Shown here in pieces: positions 37,216 through 59,103 of a stretch of DNA of 64,000 bases. The DNA is taken from assembly GCA_030141605.1 (NCBI GenBank), contig JAQGDQ010001085.1, positions 1 to 64,000 on the forward strand, in the 5' to 3' direction. The position numbers and the translations under genes were made by a program. The notes beneath the pieces are model-generated. The model had not been told where the DNA came from, did no database searches, and saw only the letters and a list, made by a program, of their open reading frames with translations. Each line of letters begins with the position of its first letter. The stretch's first letter is position 1. This DNA is from Tubiluchus corallicola (lineage: Eukaryota; Animalia; Priapulida).

Positions 37216-38052
37216 CTGATTGCTCAATTGAATGATAGACAGACAGACAGATAAACAGCCAAACAGACAGACAGAGAGAGAGAGAAAGAGAAAGAGAAAG
37301 AAAAGGAGAGGGGGGAGAATGTAATGTTTAAAATAACATAATAATGGGCAATAAGATGCTGTTAATAGCGTAGCATAACAATCATAATTGCAAGCTGGCT
37401 TTATTCAGTTTAATATTTTTTATTTTAATTGCAGGCAGCTTTGATATATAAAATTACTGAAACTGCAGAAATCCTTCGGTACTGCAAAACTCTGGCGAGA
37501 CAGGTAACTAGCATCAAAGAAATCGTAGATGATAAACAAAAACGAGAAATTCTTTCATCACAAGAACTTGCTCAGAGACTGTATGGAGGGAATCGAATAG
37601 TCATCGGTTTGATACCATACAAAGTCATGGCTGAGAACTATGACATGATAATGGAAAATGAAAATCCACTTATCATGGCTGAAACTGAAAATGGGCGTTA
37701 TTCATCAGTTAGCTTCGGCGTTATGGACTGGTCAAGATTTACCAACAAAATAGGAGCAAGAATCACAATATTTACCAAGGATCCTGACAAAGTTGTTGAT
37801 CACTGTGTCATGCAAACTAAACACATAGCAGAAGCACATCAGAATAAATTCATACGACTTTTTTTCCTGATGGATGCAAAGTTTCGTGCTGGATCTCAAG
37901 GAAAGGAAAAAATTAAGGAAACACTTAAACGTGAGCTTGGACTCCCTTTTGATGAGCGTTTTCCTGACTTTCATTTAGTAACTCAGCAGATGAATGATTT
38001 CTTGCATGACACACCAGAGCAAATCTACGTCGGAAACAAGTCAAACTTGTAA
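33452..38052 (+). CDS. NAT16-like GNAT-fold protein, copy 4 (~336 aa, intact)
   Basis: Exons 33452-33465, 34312-34462, 35763-35990, 37435-38052. GT-AG, frame intact. Confidence 0.85.
36405..37312. repeat. Compound microsatellite GATG/GACG/GACA/GATA/GATT/GACT, intron 3 of copy 4
   Basis: Direct observation. Confidence 0.97.
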
Positions 38053-40908
38053 CAAACAAAACTGAAGTCTGCAATTAGAATGAACTGAAAGTCGAAGACA
38101 TAAAATTTCTATACTTATAATTTAGAGACATCTATAGTTTTTTTAAGTCCACATACTTCAGATGAGAGGGTTAATTCGATTATAGGCAATAATATGATTT
38201 TAAAGTTTTTATTCATTGCAATATTCATCTTTACATTCTATGAAAAGCTTCGCTGTACAGTATAAGAATAGGGGCCCGAATACCAAGTACATCAAGGTGC
38301 ACTAGTAGCTGTGCATGGCAAATTCCATTATAGGCCTTAATATTCTTTGTTTCACCTGCAATATTTATTTTTCTTACTAACAGAAATTATATTTGAAATT
38401 TACACGAAATCTGTAGACACAAAGATTACAGGCCAATTAGATAGAATCTACAGTTCTACATATTCAACATTATGGCTCGAACTAACCATCGCCCTGTGTC
38501 CTTGATCCTTTAGCCCAGGTTAAAGCCCCTAACCCAGGGGTCTATCCTACGACTTTCGCTCACCACAATCCTCTGCATTTCAGAGTTGACATGAATCTTG
38601 ACATGAATCTTTAATTGTGTCTACAATCACAACAACAACAGCAGCAGAAGCAGCGACAGCGACAACAACAACAGCAACAGCAAAAACAACAACTATAGCG
38701 GCGGCAACAACAACAATAACAGGACTGCAGAACTTGATACTTATTCCCATTAGAATGCGTCCAATTAGATCTTTACGTGAAGATTTTTACTCAATAAATG
38801 CGGTCAGCAAACACAAAGAGGTGCTTGACAATGATAAAGTCGTAAAAATGCTGATGTTTATAAAACACTAAACTCTGAACTGTGCAACCTCAGCCCTTCC
38901 ATCCAGGCCCATTTAACAAAACATAGCATTTTATATTAGCAGGATGGAATAAGGCATATAACCATGCACTTATGTAGAGAAAGCACCAAATTTGGCTACA
39001 ATGCGTATAATTCGAACATTGGACTTGGAAAACTGACTCACACTCCAAGCGCTCAGTGAATTTCTATTTCTGACTGTGACCATCCAGCAGCTGCCATCCA
39101 CTGTCCAGTCAGAACGTCAAACTAGGCGCCCTAATTTGAGCTTCACAAATTTAGTACATGTTTTTAATACGATTAACATTTTGATTGTGTAAATATGGAA
39201 TATTGATTTCACAAAAATTTTAGAACAAGAGTTCGAAACAACATTTTCCATGAATTAAAAATACGTGACATTTATAAATTTTGTTGAAAGCCATGGACAA
39301 GGTGGCATTGATTACTATGTAATTAAATTTTACCATCATCACATGTGACTGGACTGACAGTATAATGGATGTTGCAAACTGTATTGTATGTATGAATGTA
39401 TTGTGTGTATGAGCACACCATGTGTATTGGCGTTGTGTTATTTACATTTAACCAATAAACTGTGTACGTAACGTTAAGTGGGCGCACAACAATTGCTGCT
39501 TTTTACAATTGCTTTTTTTAGTAGTTAGTTTACTGTGACTGAATAAAGTAGACTATGTGACTTGGTCTGAGATACACAATAATTTTGTTCAGACACAGGT
39601 ACACATCAGAAGCACGCAAAACGCTGGTTGGACAACTATAGTATTCCTTTGACTAACTGCATTGCAGCATCACAAAGAATATTGAGCCTTTTCACAGTTT
39701 TGTTTCATTGTGACAGGCCCGGTTGCTGCAGGCCAAAAGTTAGATGAACTACAGCAGCGCATCTTAATTACAACCGTCACGTGACATATGTGCAAAGCAA
39801 AGCTGTCTGTCGCATCAGTTCAGAAACTTCAGCTGTTTTATGTGGACTTTACTAATTTATGCATTAGTCTGTGCATAGAGTGATTTACTAGCACGATTTA
39901 GCTTGGCAACGAAAAAAAATGAACTAGGTACAAGGTTGTAGCTAGCTGTTAAAACTGGTAATACATGTATTACAATGCCTTGTGCTGGGAGGCGTTGTCA
40001 AGTGTACACAATTGCATCGTCTGATACGCCTAATCCTTGACCTTTGCACGATCATCAGCAATCGCTGGTGCTATGAAAAGGCTTATTCAAACAATTCCAA
40101 CAGGTTCTTGAAAAATGTCAAAATTATTAGCATTAAAGATGTGAAACATTCTGCTTTTCGCAGTGGAAGTTTGCGTGCATTATTCTGCATCTAAAATACC
40201 CAGAGATTAAAGTCTGAATCCAAGTAATAAAGCTTCAATTTAAAAAATCTCAGAAAAACGTTAAAGGGAAGGGAAATAACCTGAACTCTAAGATACTGAA
40301 CAAAAGGTGGCTGTTTTCATAGAGTTGTCAAAAGTACAAGTCATGTATTGCCAGTTAATAACAGATTTAAAATATTTTCTGTGTTATTACTTTAATTGTT
40401 TGTGCTAGTTAAATATATTGTGACTTAATTGAATATTTTTTTTTAATTGCCCAACTTTCTTTCCTAGCCAAAACTGTGACTTTTTTCCTTGTCATTATAA
40501 ATTAATAGTTATCGCTCCTGTGTGTTTTCACATTTTTAAAAAATACTTTAAAATTGTGAGTTTTTTCGTTGACTTTCTTCCTGTGACTTTATTACCAGTC
40601 ATCTGAATGCTTGATGGAGCTAGGCGACAATTCTGAAAGGGTCTTGCCCTATCTATTAGTTCTTGCGATTTATTAACGTACTTCACCCTCACCAGTGCTC
40701 ATGTGATGCTTGACTAAGTCTTGCTTAAACATACAGATATAGTTATGATCTTATCTTGGCAGACAGTGATAAAGTTCAAAAGTGTTATACAATTATCTAA
40801 GTCGTAACAGCGATGTAATTTGCTTGACTGGAATTATAGCAAAAGCTTTCAGCCAAATCTTATCAAAATAAGTTAATAATTATCGGAGAAACAAAGACAT
40901 AGGAACCA

Positions 40909-45507
<4,599 letters not shown>

Positions 45508-46599
45508 CAAACGAAACTGAAGTCTGCAATTAGAATGAACTGAAAGTCGAAGACATAAAATTTCTATACTTATAATTTAGAGACATCTATAGTTTTTTTA
45601 AGTCCACATACTTCAGATGAGAGGGATAATTCGATTATAGGCAATAATATGATTTTAAAGTTTTTATTCATTACAATATCCATCTTTACAATTCTATGAA
45701 AAACTTCGCTGTATAAGAACAGGCCTATATTAGTGGGCCTAAATGTACTTGGCAAAATGCCATTATAGGCCTTAATATTGTTTGTTTCACCTACAATATT
45801 TATTTTTGTCACTAACGGAAATTATATTTGAAAACTACGCGAAATCTGTAAAGATAATCAGACTGATCTGATTTGATTTTGACAATGATAAGCAAAGATC
45901 ACAGGCCATTGTACAGTAACCGATTAATGATTTAAATTTTAGTGTAAGCAACTTTCAGTAGCGCAACACATTCCAGATGCAGTGGGACGAGACGCATTAG
46001 AAAGTTATATTTACTTTGCAAACAAGTATTTATTGTGAATTCGTAAATTTTGCTTTACATGTAATGTTAAAATAAATTTACTATTAATTGTTTAAATGTT
46101 CTGTTTGGAAAAGCGTCACATATTATACATATAAATTATATCTATTGGGTCTTTGTTTACTTTACTGTCCAAGACGCAAATAGCGGAAATTTCTAACATA
46201 TCACTTCATTTCGTTTCTGGAGTCACACGTCTTCTAAAAAGACACTTGTAAAATCAGCCAGCATTCATGAAAAATTCCACCATTACCACTAGTATTAGAA
46301 TATGCAGCTAACGTTAATCGTCACGTGAATTTAAAAGCCGCTCGTGCGTACACGTGACATATATGAGTGTACCGTCTGTACTGGCGTTGTGTTATTTACA
46401 TTTGCTAAGTAAAACCGTATACATAATATTAGATGGGCGTATTGTTTACAATAGCAAAAGTTAATAATCTTTCACTCGCTTAGTTTGCACTAGTATCTTA
46501 TTTTTGACTATAATAGTGCTGCTTTTTACAATCATTTTAGCAGTTGGTTTACTGTGACTGTTTAAAAAGTAGACTCTTTGACTTGGCCAGAGATGCACA

Positions 46600-49500
46600 A
46601 TGATTTCGTTCAGGTACAGGCATTTTATTACATTAAAGTTTCATTCAGTTAATACGTTCATTTCAGGCAGCCCAGAAATGTACAGATTTGACATTATTTT
46701 GATTCTACTGCATTTATTTATTTAACTTATTTGTGTACTTACTTGTGGTTCTTACTTATGGTTCTTTTTTATTAATATTACTGTATCACAGCGATGTAAA
46801 TGACGTGTGGCGCATGGATTATGGGTAAACCATGTACTTCCAATATTGGACGGTAATATCCTATATTGTACCACCATGGTGACAATATTTTCTGAATATA
46901 ATTCTTGTCAAGATTCTTACAAGATCGTGACCATATGGTGAACAATATTGTATGTTGCGAAAAAAGCCTGCGATTAAAATTTCAAATTCAAAAGTACGTA
47001 GGCCTAATAGAAATGCCTATTTCACAATTTTGCCTATTATGTTACTGATCAGATCATGGGCGTCGCCAGAGTTTAAAAAATTTGATGAACAAGTAGCCCC
47101 CGCCACCAACACATTTTCCTGTATTTAAACACATTTTGGGCGCCTGAAATGAGATCTAAATTCTGGTGGTAAATGGACTTCATCAAACGTGAAAAATTCT
47201 GGTTTAATAAACATATTTTCCTCACATTTACCTAGGTAATATTCATTGTATTCTATTGTAGTAGTCATAAAAGCAAGTTCGTAAAGCAAGTTTGCAACAC
47301 ACTGCAATGCAGATGACCCATTACTTAAGCTTAATTTATTTAGTGTCAAGATTATCTATCCAGCAAAATGTGGATAGTCAAACATAAAACTGATTTGAGA
47401 CTGTTACGTTTACAGCCCGCCCACTGTTCATACAAAATTTAGCAAGTTTGCGTGCGTGCTAATTTTTCCCACCCGAACACTTTTTTGCACATATTAGGAT
47501 AATAGGAGTTAATAGTATACTATGTGGAAACTATATTTGGAAGTTAGGTGTAGCATACGACTGTGCGGTCCTTAACGTGGCTTTTGCGAAATATTACTAA
47601 CATGGCTGATTGTTGCAGCATGCTATAACGAAAACAGGTAAATGTAAGATGAAAACTGCACAAAATTAGTAAAACAGAAATAAAATCTGTCGCTTGACGA
47701 ACTAATAACCTTGCTGCCTTTACTAAAATTATCAGGTTTTTTTTCAAAAGTTTGATTTTGCAGGAAAGCTGCAAGTGAAGACTTTGAAGACGTTTACAAT
47801 ATTAATACAAACATCTACCACGGGGCTGATTCGTTGTCTTGTACAGAGAATTTTCATTTCTTGTTGACAAGACCATACAATTTGGGATGCGTGGCAGTCT
47901 TACATGGGAAACTTGTAAGCGAATATTATATTTGCTTAGATTATAGCAGCCTAGTCTGAGAGCAATAGGGCGTTACGACTGGAGTAATAGTGCTGCTGGT
48001 GTCATACCCGCAGCCCGTTCTGTTGCCCGAAATAACTAAGCTTTTTTGTTTTATTATACATTTCTAAAAATTTCCAATTATACTATCTTGTAAAAGTACA
48101 GTATTACTAATAAGACTGAACACATAGAAACAATACATTATGTTACTTGGGCGCTTGTTAAAAACAACGTACGCGCAATGGTCAATCTATGCCTACTTTA
48201 AATGTACTATTGACTAGTTACATGATACTCATCATCACCATCTCACCATCATCATTATCATCGTTCTCCTCCTCCTCCTCCTCCTCCTCCTCCTCCTCAT
48301 CGTCATCATCATCATCATCATCGTCCTTCTCCTCCTCATCATCATCATCATTGTCATCATCATCATCATTGTCACCTTCATCAAATTTGCATTCCATTTG
48401 GTGTAGACATTGAAGCACTACAATTTATTATAGCATTCCACCAATCTACAGCTAACAGCGTAGGTTCTTCTGCTCTAAAAGCTACAGTAGCTTTTAGAAT
48501 TACAAATGACGAATTGTAGAATTTGCCTGGAATTGCTAGCAGGCAATAGAATACATTTTAAACAGTAACAGTTCTAAATTCAGCCACATGACGCCTTTCT
48601 GACGAATTGTAGAATAAATTGTAGAATAATATAAACAAAAATTGCATTAAAATCGTGTTACCCAGTGATGTGAATCACGAATAATCGAAATTCCGAAAAA
48701 TAGTTGCAGCATTTTTGTGAATGACAGGCTTAATTATGGACGGTTAATTAATATACGCCTGTTTGACAAGAAACATTCGAGATCGAAAACCATGCACTGT
48801 TACGGTAAACAAGTTTTTTTTGCATTACGTAGGTGGGATTTGTGTTAGCTACTATTATTGATGGAGGAGAAACAGTCATTACTCGTTTTGCTCGTGTAAA
48901 ATCTGAACTGCGGGGACGTAGAATATATCATAACATGATCTTACATCTCATGCAGCAATTACGTCCTTGGGAACGAGGTATAAAGCAACACGTCTTCATA
49001 AATGGATCTTCTGGTCCCATCCCTGTTCCAAGAAGAAACACCTTTTGCACAGCCAGACAGGTAAACTGAGCGTTTTCGGTGTACGGTTGTATGAAGATGC
49101 TAATGTGTAGATCTATTGGCAAAAGAAAAGTTTTCTTTGTGCATAAAGTCTGTTTGTGATCTTGATCAGGTCCATTGAGAAAATGAAAAGAAGAGACATA
49201 CTACTCAATTCCTGTGAGTCAAATTCATGTGTCCCAAGTTCGCATGGTAGCTAATCAGTATCAAACACCTTAATAGCTGATAGTTGGATCACAGATTAGG
49301 TAACAGAACATCCTTGTAGGCTTATTATAGAACCCTACTTTGCGGCTGGTCATGTAAGCAAACTTTTTATCACCGGAAATGGCCTTACATACATTCCTGT
49401 TGCAGTTACATGAACTGCTCAACAGTTGTACAGTGTTTTTATGACCGAAATGTGATTAGGTAGAAAAAGAATAGATCACTGTGATTCTGTCAATAATAAT

Positions 49501-50560
49501 TATTAGCTTATAAAGACTTGATTAGTTTATCGTTCCTAACGGTCCATTTATTTATTTATTTATGCTAAATATTTATGCCATTACGAATTTGAAACAGAGT
49601 ATTTTACAGCACAAAACATAAGCTTACTAGAGCTTCTGGTTTTCTCAAATATTTTGCGGTCTACAATTATTGAGTCGTAACCAATACTATTTTACCAACA
49701 ACATAATAGGAGTTAAGTATAATCTATTCAGTTGTGATGGTCGTTTTTTTGATAGACTGGTCGTCGTTTAGTTATTTCCTAGAACTTATTTGTTGTGTTA
49801 ATGTAAATCCCAAGTGAACGAATTCTCAAAACCAAATACTTGTTAAACTCCAATGTTAGTTATTAAAAACCATTAAAAGCAATTTAGAAGCATTTTAAAG
49901 TAAAACCGCTATACCTATGCGTTTTACAGTTTTATAAAAGAAATATTTTTCCCCGTAGGCACAACTACTGTGTGAGAACAAAGGGCCCGGGAAATTATCA
50001 CCAGCCGTGCAGTTCTGCCAACTTTTATCCAAGAAATTGTAGAAGACGAACAAAAGCGTGAACTTCTCTCATCGCAAGAACTTGCTCACACACTTTATGT
50101 TGGAAATCGCATTGTCATTGGTTTGATACCATACAAAGTCATGGCTGAAAACTATGACATGATAGTGGAAAATGAGGATCCACTTATCATGGCTGAAATT
50201 GAAAACGGACGTTATTCGTCTGTCAGTTTCAGCACCGTGGCGCGACTGCGCGACCTCAACAGCCTTTGTGCTAGAATTACAGCATTTACTACCGATCCAA
50301 TAAAAGCTGCTGATCACTGTGTGTTACAGGTGAAACGTTTAGCTGAACTAAATCAAGACAAACAGCTGCGAATACGGTTTCTCCTGCACGAGAATTTTTC
50401 TACCCAGTTACCAGAAAGGAAAATAATTGAAGAAAAAATACACACACAACTTGGTTTAACTTTCTGGGAGCGAGCTCCTGACCCTCACTTGGTTACCATG
50501 GAAATGAATGATTTTATGCGTGATGAACCAGTAGAAATTTTTACAGAAAAATTACAGTGA
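46600..50560 (+). pseudogene. NAT16-like GNAT-fold gene, copy 6, apparent frameshift near the start of exon 4
   Basis: Exons 46600-46613, 47764-47914, 48833-49060, 49959-50560. Exon 4 is 602 nt. The spliced frame (AQLLCENK..) stops at TAG 50040-50042, while homology continues in another frame from ~49982 (..FIQEIVEDEQKRELLSSQELA..). An assembly indel is possible. Confidence 0.7.
48228..48382. repeat. (TCA)n/(TCC)n trinucleotide repeat, intron 2 of copy 6
   Basis: Direct observation. Confidence 0.95.
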
Positions 50561-51049
50561 ATGCGAGCTCCATCTCTATCACCTTTGTCTTCACCGCCGT
50601 TGCCGTTGTCGTCCTCGTCATCATTGCCATCAACAGCATCAATATCATCATAATCATTGTTCAGAAAGTAAAATTTTGTAAACATGACGCAGTAAACAAG
50701 TACATCTCCATACAGACCCAATTTGTTCCAAGACATGGTTTTTGGCCAAGAAGCTGTAAAACCCTATCTGTTGTTTTTTTATAGTATTTATAATGAATTT
50801 AAGCATTATTGACAAAAATAAAATTGCTTATTTCGATATGCCTTTAATGCAATACTTTAATGTGTTTTAATATTTTTACGGTTATATTTGATTGTTTTGT
50901 CTCAGGTAGCAGAAGACCTGGGTTCGAGTCACAGTGGAGATACAAAACTGTTAAAACAGCTAAAGATTCTGTAGGAAAAGAAATAATTTTTGCACGATCA
51001 TGTAAACAACTACAGTATATATAGTATAACTCACTTAGCGCGTGTAAGA

Positions 51050-51172
<123 letters not shown>

Positions 51173-52465
51173 ATGCGTTATATTTTGCAAGTGATGCAGT
51201 AAAAATGCTTACCATTATTATTGATTTTTAATTTTGATAAATACACATCATTTAATTAACTTACTAATTAACTTAGTTAGTAATTTCGAGTTCACAGCTA
51301 GCTATAAGCATGTAATGAACTAAACATTCTAGGTCGGTTTCTTCTAAAGCATACCAAGCCTTCAATCAATACTGTGATAATTGTAATACTAATTAAATTG
51401 CTGCACTAGTTGCACTGATGATAAATATTGATATTTGATTAGATTTTGTGACTCAGTTCTGTTATTTACTATTTTTGTGACGCGTAACATATTTTTGAAA
51501 TAAAATACTGTCATATCTTAATAAAATGTTAATGTAAACCTGCGACGACTTTTTCTGCTTCGTTTATTTTAAAAGTTACACATAAAATACCGAATTAAGG
51601 TGGAAAAACAGAAATTCAATTACCTGTTTTTAATTGTTATATGACATTTTACTGCATATGTCTAATTTAGTGATCAAAGCGATGATTCTTAAAAAATATT
51701 GCGAGGGTTAGGAATTACATAGATAGTAAAAATAGGCCTGCAACTTTAATATTGGTGCCCAATGCACGTACCAAGTCAGGAACCCACCAACCACTTACGT
51801 AAAGTTTGCTCAGTTCTTCACTGAATTGTGAATTTGCAATTGCCAAGTGCATGGCTCTAGAAAAGTAGCATTATTATTAAAACAGCTTAAACTGTTTGAT
51901 TTTCGTACAAGATTTAAACTGCTGAGTCATGGTAGCTTACGAATGATGCAAGGATTTTCAAGTCGTCGTGCGTCTGAGGAAGCTGCTGCTGATTTTTCAG
52001 CTATCCTGGCATGACGTGCGAGCTCTAATATTAAAAACACCCTTTCTGTTCACAAAATAACTCGTCGCCACAGTGCAAATTATTGTTTTGGTCAAAGTGG
52101 TGCTTGGTTATCTGAATGTGACGGATGGTTTTCGAGACCTGCACATTTTTGTATAGTCAATTTGGCTTAATGGCGATACCTTTCCAGTACGTTTTACCAG
52201 AATTATTCACGTACCAAGCTATTATGTGTTAATGCTATAGTCACCTTTCAGGGGGCGTTACTTTTTATTTACTTCGGATTACTTTAACCTTTGGCCGCTG
52301 TACTTGTACGTCTTTCTGATAAGAATTTTTTAATTTATTGTGTGCTTAGTTTACTTTATGCAGATACCTCGGTAGATAAATACGTGCAGACGCGCAAGAG
52401 TAAACCAAAGCAGTTTTTGTTCGTGCATATTTGTGAACTGTGTGGCGGCCATTATTTTTTGAGCA

Positions 52466-55931
<3,466 letters not shown>

Positions 55932-58900
55932 TCAAGTGGAAGTAAACAGATTTTTCGCAAATATGCACCCCTGTGGTAACATCATCATATGCAGCAGCTT
56001 TCACCAGCATCCATCACACACTCCTAATAGCTTGAAGAACTTTTAAATCTGATAACGATAAAGTCCTTCTCCCAAAAGTCATGAATACCGGCCTGTGTTT
56101 GACTAAATATATTTTGTGCTTATTTTGTATGCATCGTGATTATAGTTCTTTTGTTCAGGCAGTAAGTGTGTTTGAACATTGGTTTTATTAAAATCTTGAT
56201 ACATTGTTCTGTACATTCTTTCATATCTGAAATACAAGTGTTGAATAAATAAACCTGCAGAGAAGTGAATTGCTTTGCTGTGAATGTGGAAAAATAGGAA
56301 AATTATAAGTGACCGAAGAAAACACGTTTCATACGATATTATAAGACAAAATAATGGGGCTCGCTTGAAAATAACACCAAAAATTTTAAGTCGTTTTTGT
56401 AGTAGGTTTTTGCAAAGACAGAAACATTTAGCTCAACAAGTAAAAAAGGTAAATGGAAGAAAATTTCGCATGTCACTATTGCTAAAATTTATAGCACAAG
56501 ATTATGTGCCCATTATTTTCAATGCAAACTAGACGAAGTTTTTTATTCCAACAGCTAATACAGTTTCTCACTTCTTTATGGGGTATTTGATCCCAGCGCT
56601 TAACAGTTTTTGCCTTTAGTTCCCCGTATGAAACGGGTCTTTGTGGTCGTCTACAGAGCGTAAACTACAGGATTAAGTTCTATTTTTAGTGATAAGACAT
56701 CTTTAAAGCAAAATCGGATACAATCTTAAACTGTAGGTCAAATCAATCTACTCTTTAAAATATAGAAAGTAAACGTGCTGTTTTTAAAGAATGATCTACG
56801 TGAAAGAATTATTACCACACAAACGCAATTTCGCGTTCGCGCCTCTAGTTCGTCACTGTTACATGCATTTCGCCATTCGCTAGTTAGACGGCCACTAGCG
56901 TCTGTATTACGGAAAGCGTTGCACAAAAAACGGGTGCTGTAGTTCAAATGTGTTAGTTTGTGACAAACTACACACGTTCGACACCTCATGCGTGACACAG
57001 CGGTAAATTTGAAATTTGGATTTTTATCTTAAAACATGCCGAGTTTTAGTACAACACACTGAATATCTTACAGTTGCACTGTATTTCAAAATTTCGTTTT
57101 TGCAAACACCGCAACAAAATTATGTTAGTTTTTTATTTCGTTAATAGTTGGGTTCGCTCGCCGTTAATTAAGTTTTTAATCTATTATTTAGTTATCAGAA
57201 ACGCTTTTGCAGTATTATTGGTGCTAAAATGTATACTTTTAATTACTTGAAAATGGAGTAGAATACGAAAAATCATCCTGTCTTCCTTTAACAGTATTTT
57301 ATCTTTTGCGGTGAAGACCATGATGTAAAATGGCTGATTTTTTATTGTTTTGTTGCTATGTATTGAAAGCTTTAATTGTAATGATAATTAACTAACAATG
57401 ACATCAGATTCTGTCTGATGTTTAAAGTTTTTTAAAACATGTTAAAACATGCAAAAGCTTCAATAGGTATATAAACGAAGAAAATAACACTAAAAAACAC
57501 GCAACCATAGTTGGCGTATCAGAACAAAAAATATACAAATGGTAGCTGCAATGGCACACTACATGTACTTCATTTTGCAAGAGACAACACATGCGTAGAA
57601 ATTGGTGGCGAGTATTCTTGTCCAGTGTCCAGATAATGAGCCGGACACGGAGATGTAGTATGCTTGTGACTACCTCGTGTTCGGCTACATCAGCAGCTTC
57701 ACAAATATCTTTTCATAAGCGTATTTATTATGGTGTATGTGGTGGCCCCATATGTCTGTGGTGCCTCCCCTCAATACCGGCATCAGTTTGAGCTATATAT
57801 GCCCTTGCATCATTGTTAATATTACTGTTATTGCTCTGTAGCTACTTCATATTAGCACCCCCGCTATATATAACTTCTCGTTTGATCATAGTTTGTAATA
57901 ATTTAGTATAATTATAATTTATTGGGTAAAAGTACCTTAACAAAAGTATACGGTCATTAATTACAAAGTACCAGACAAAACAAATATAAGTGCAAGATGG
58001 TACGTAACACATTACCAAAAAAGCAAAAAACATCATCAAACACTGACGTATGTCATCATACTTCACACATAAATACGTATTTTGTTTGCTCTAGTTTCTC
58101 TCCTTTCCGTGGTAATTGCTTATTCTATGAAACACTTGCTTGACACTGACCTCTGACCTATTTTCTGATCGCCATCGTCACTAGGCAGTCTGGGCTATGT
58201 GACGTTAAGTTACGTACGAGTCAAAAGCTGTTGAAATGCTTTTACCTTTTATCGAGCCCCGATAAACGTAGTACGATCGTCTGCAGCTCAATGCTTTGAA
58301 CCTTCATTGTTTCGAAATTACACCAACCAATGGCGTACTAAATGCAAGAACTAGTTGCAGTGTAATTGTTATGGAGGAACGTGGTATACCCGCTGATAAT
58401 GGTCATTGGGTGACCATATCTAATGGGCTGATAGATACCCGGTGAGACCATCGTAGTCACAATTTAAACAATAGCGTTACATATAGTTGGGACACTCAAT
58501 CGCCACATTTGAACATTTGTTACGCGGTTACGCACCATGTTGTCAGCAGGTAGAATACTCAGTGCGTGTTGGAATTATGTTGTGCACTTCCCAAAAAACC
58601 ACAATTCCTTCAGTACAGTAGGGCTAATGTACACACCATACGAAGTGTACAAATATGTATGGTGTATAAGTGTGAGTTGAGCCTTACAGTGAGAGAATTT
58701 CTACACTGTGAGACTAGGTGATAGCTGGTAGGCAGTAGGTCGCATTGGTGCATCTCGTAATTTTTTAACTTGGTAAATGCACAAAAATCATGATTTTCTA
58801 TTTCCAGTGGTTAAACTTGTTAGTCTCGTCAGTTTTCGGATACTTCCTCACCCCACGAACTGACCCTAATTCGCATTCACAGTACAAAATTACTAATGCA

Positions 58901-59103
58901 TGGCAAAAATGGATGAACAGAAGAAAAAGAAAAGTATAAGCTTATATAGGCCGGCAAAACTGGTTCCGCTTTTCTGAATGCGTGAGTTTTTTTCCTCACA
59001 GTGCTAATAATCCTGACTGTGTATGGCATTCACTATACTGTGCTAAAAATAACAGTTTATAACTAGGCAAACACTTTTTTATTCATCTTTAGTACGAACT
59101 GTG

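Noticed and set aside
56284-58900. Short ORFs between GNAT copy 7 and the glycosyltransferase
   Set aside because: No recognisable motifs or consistent splice structure; likely promoter, UTR or repeat sequence.
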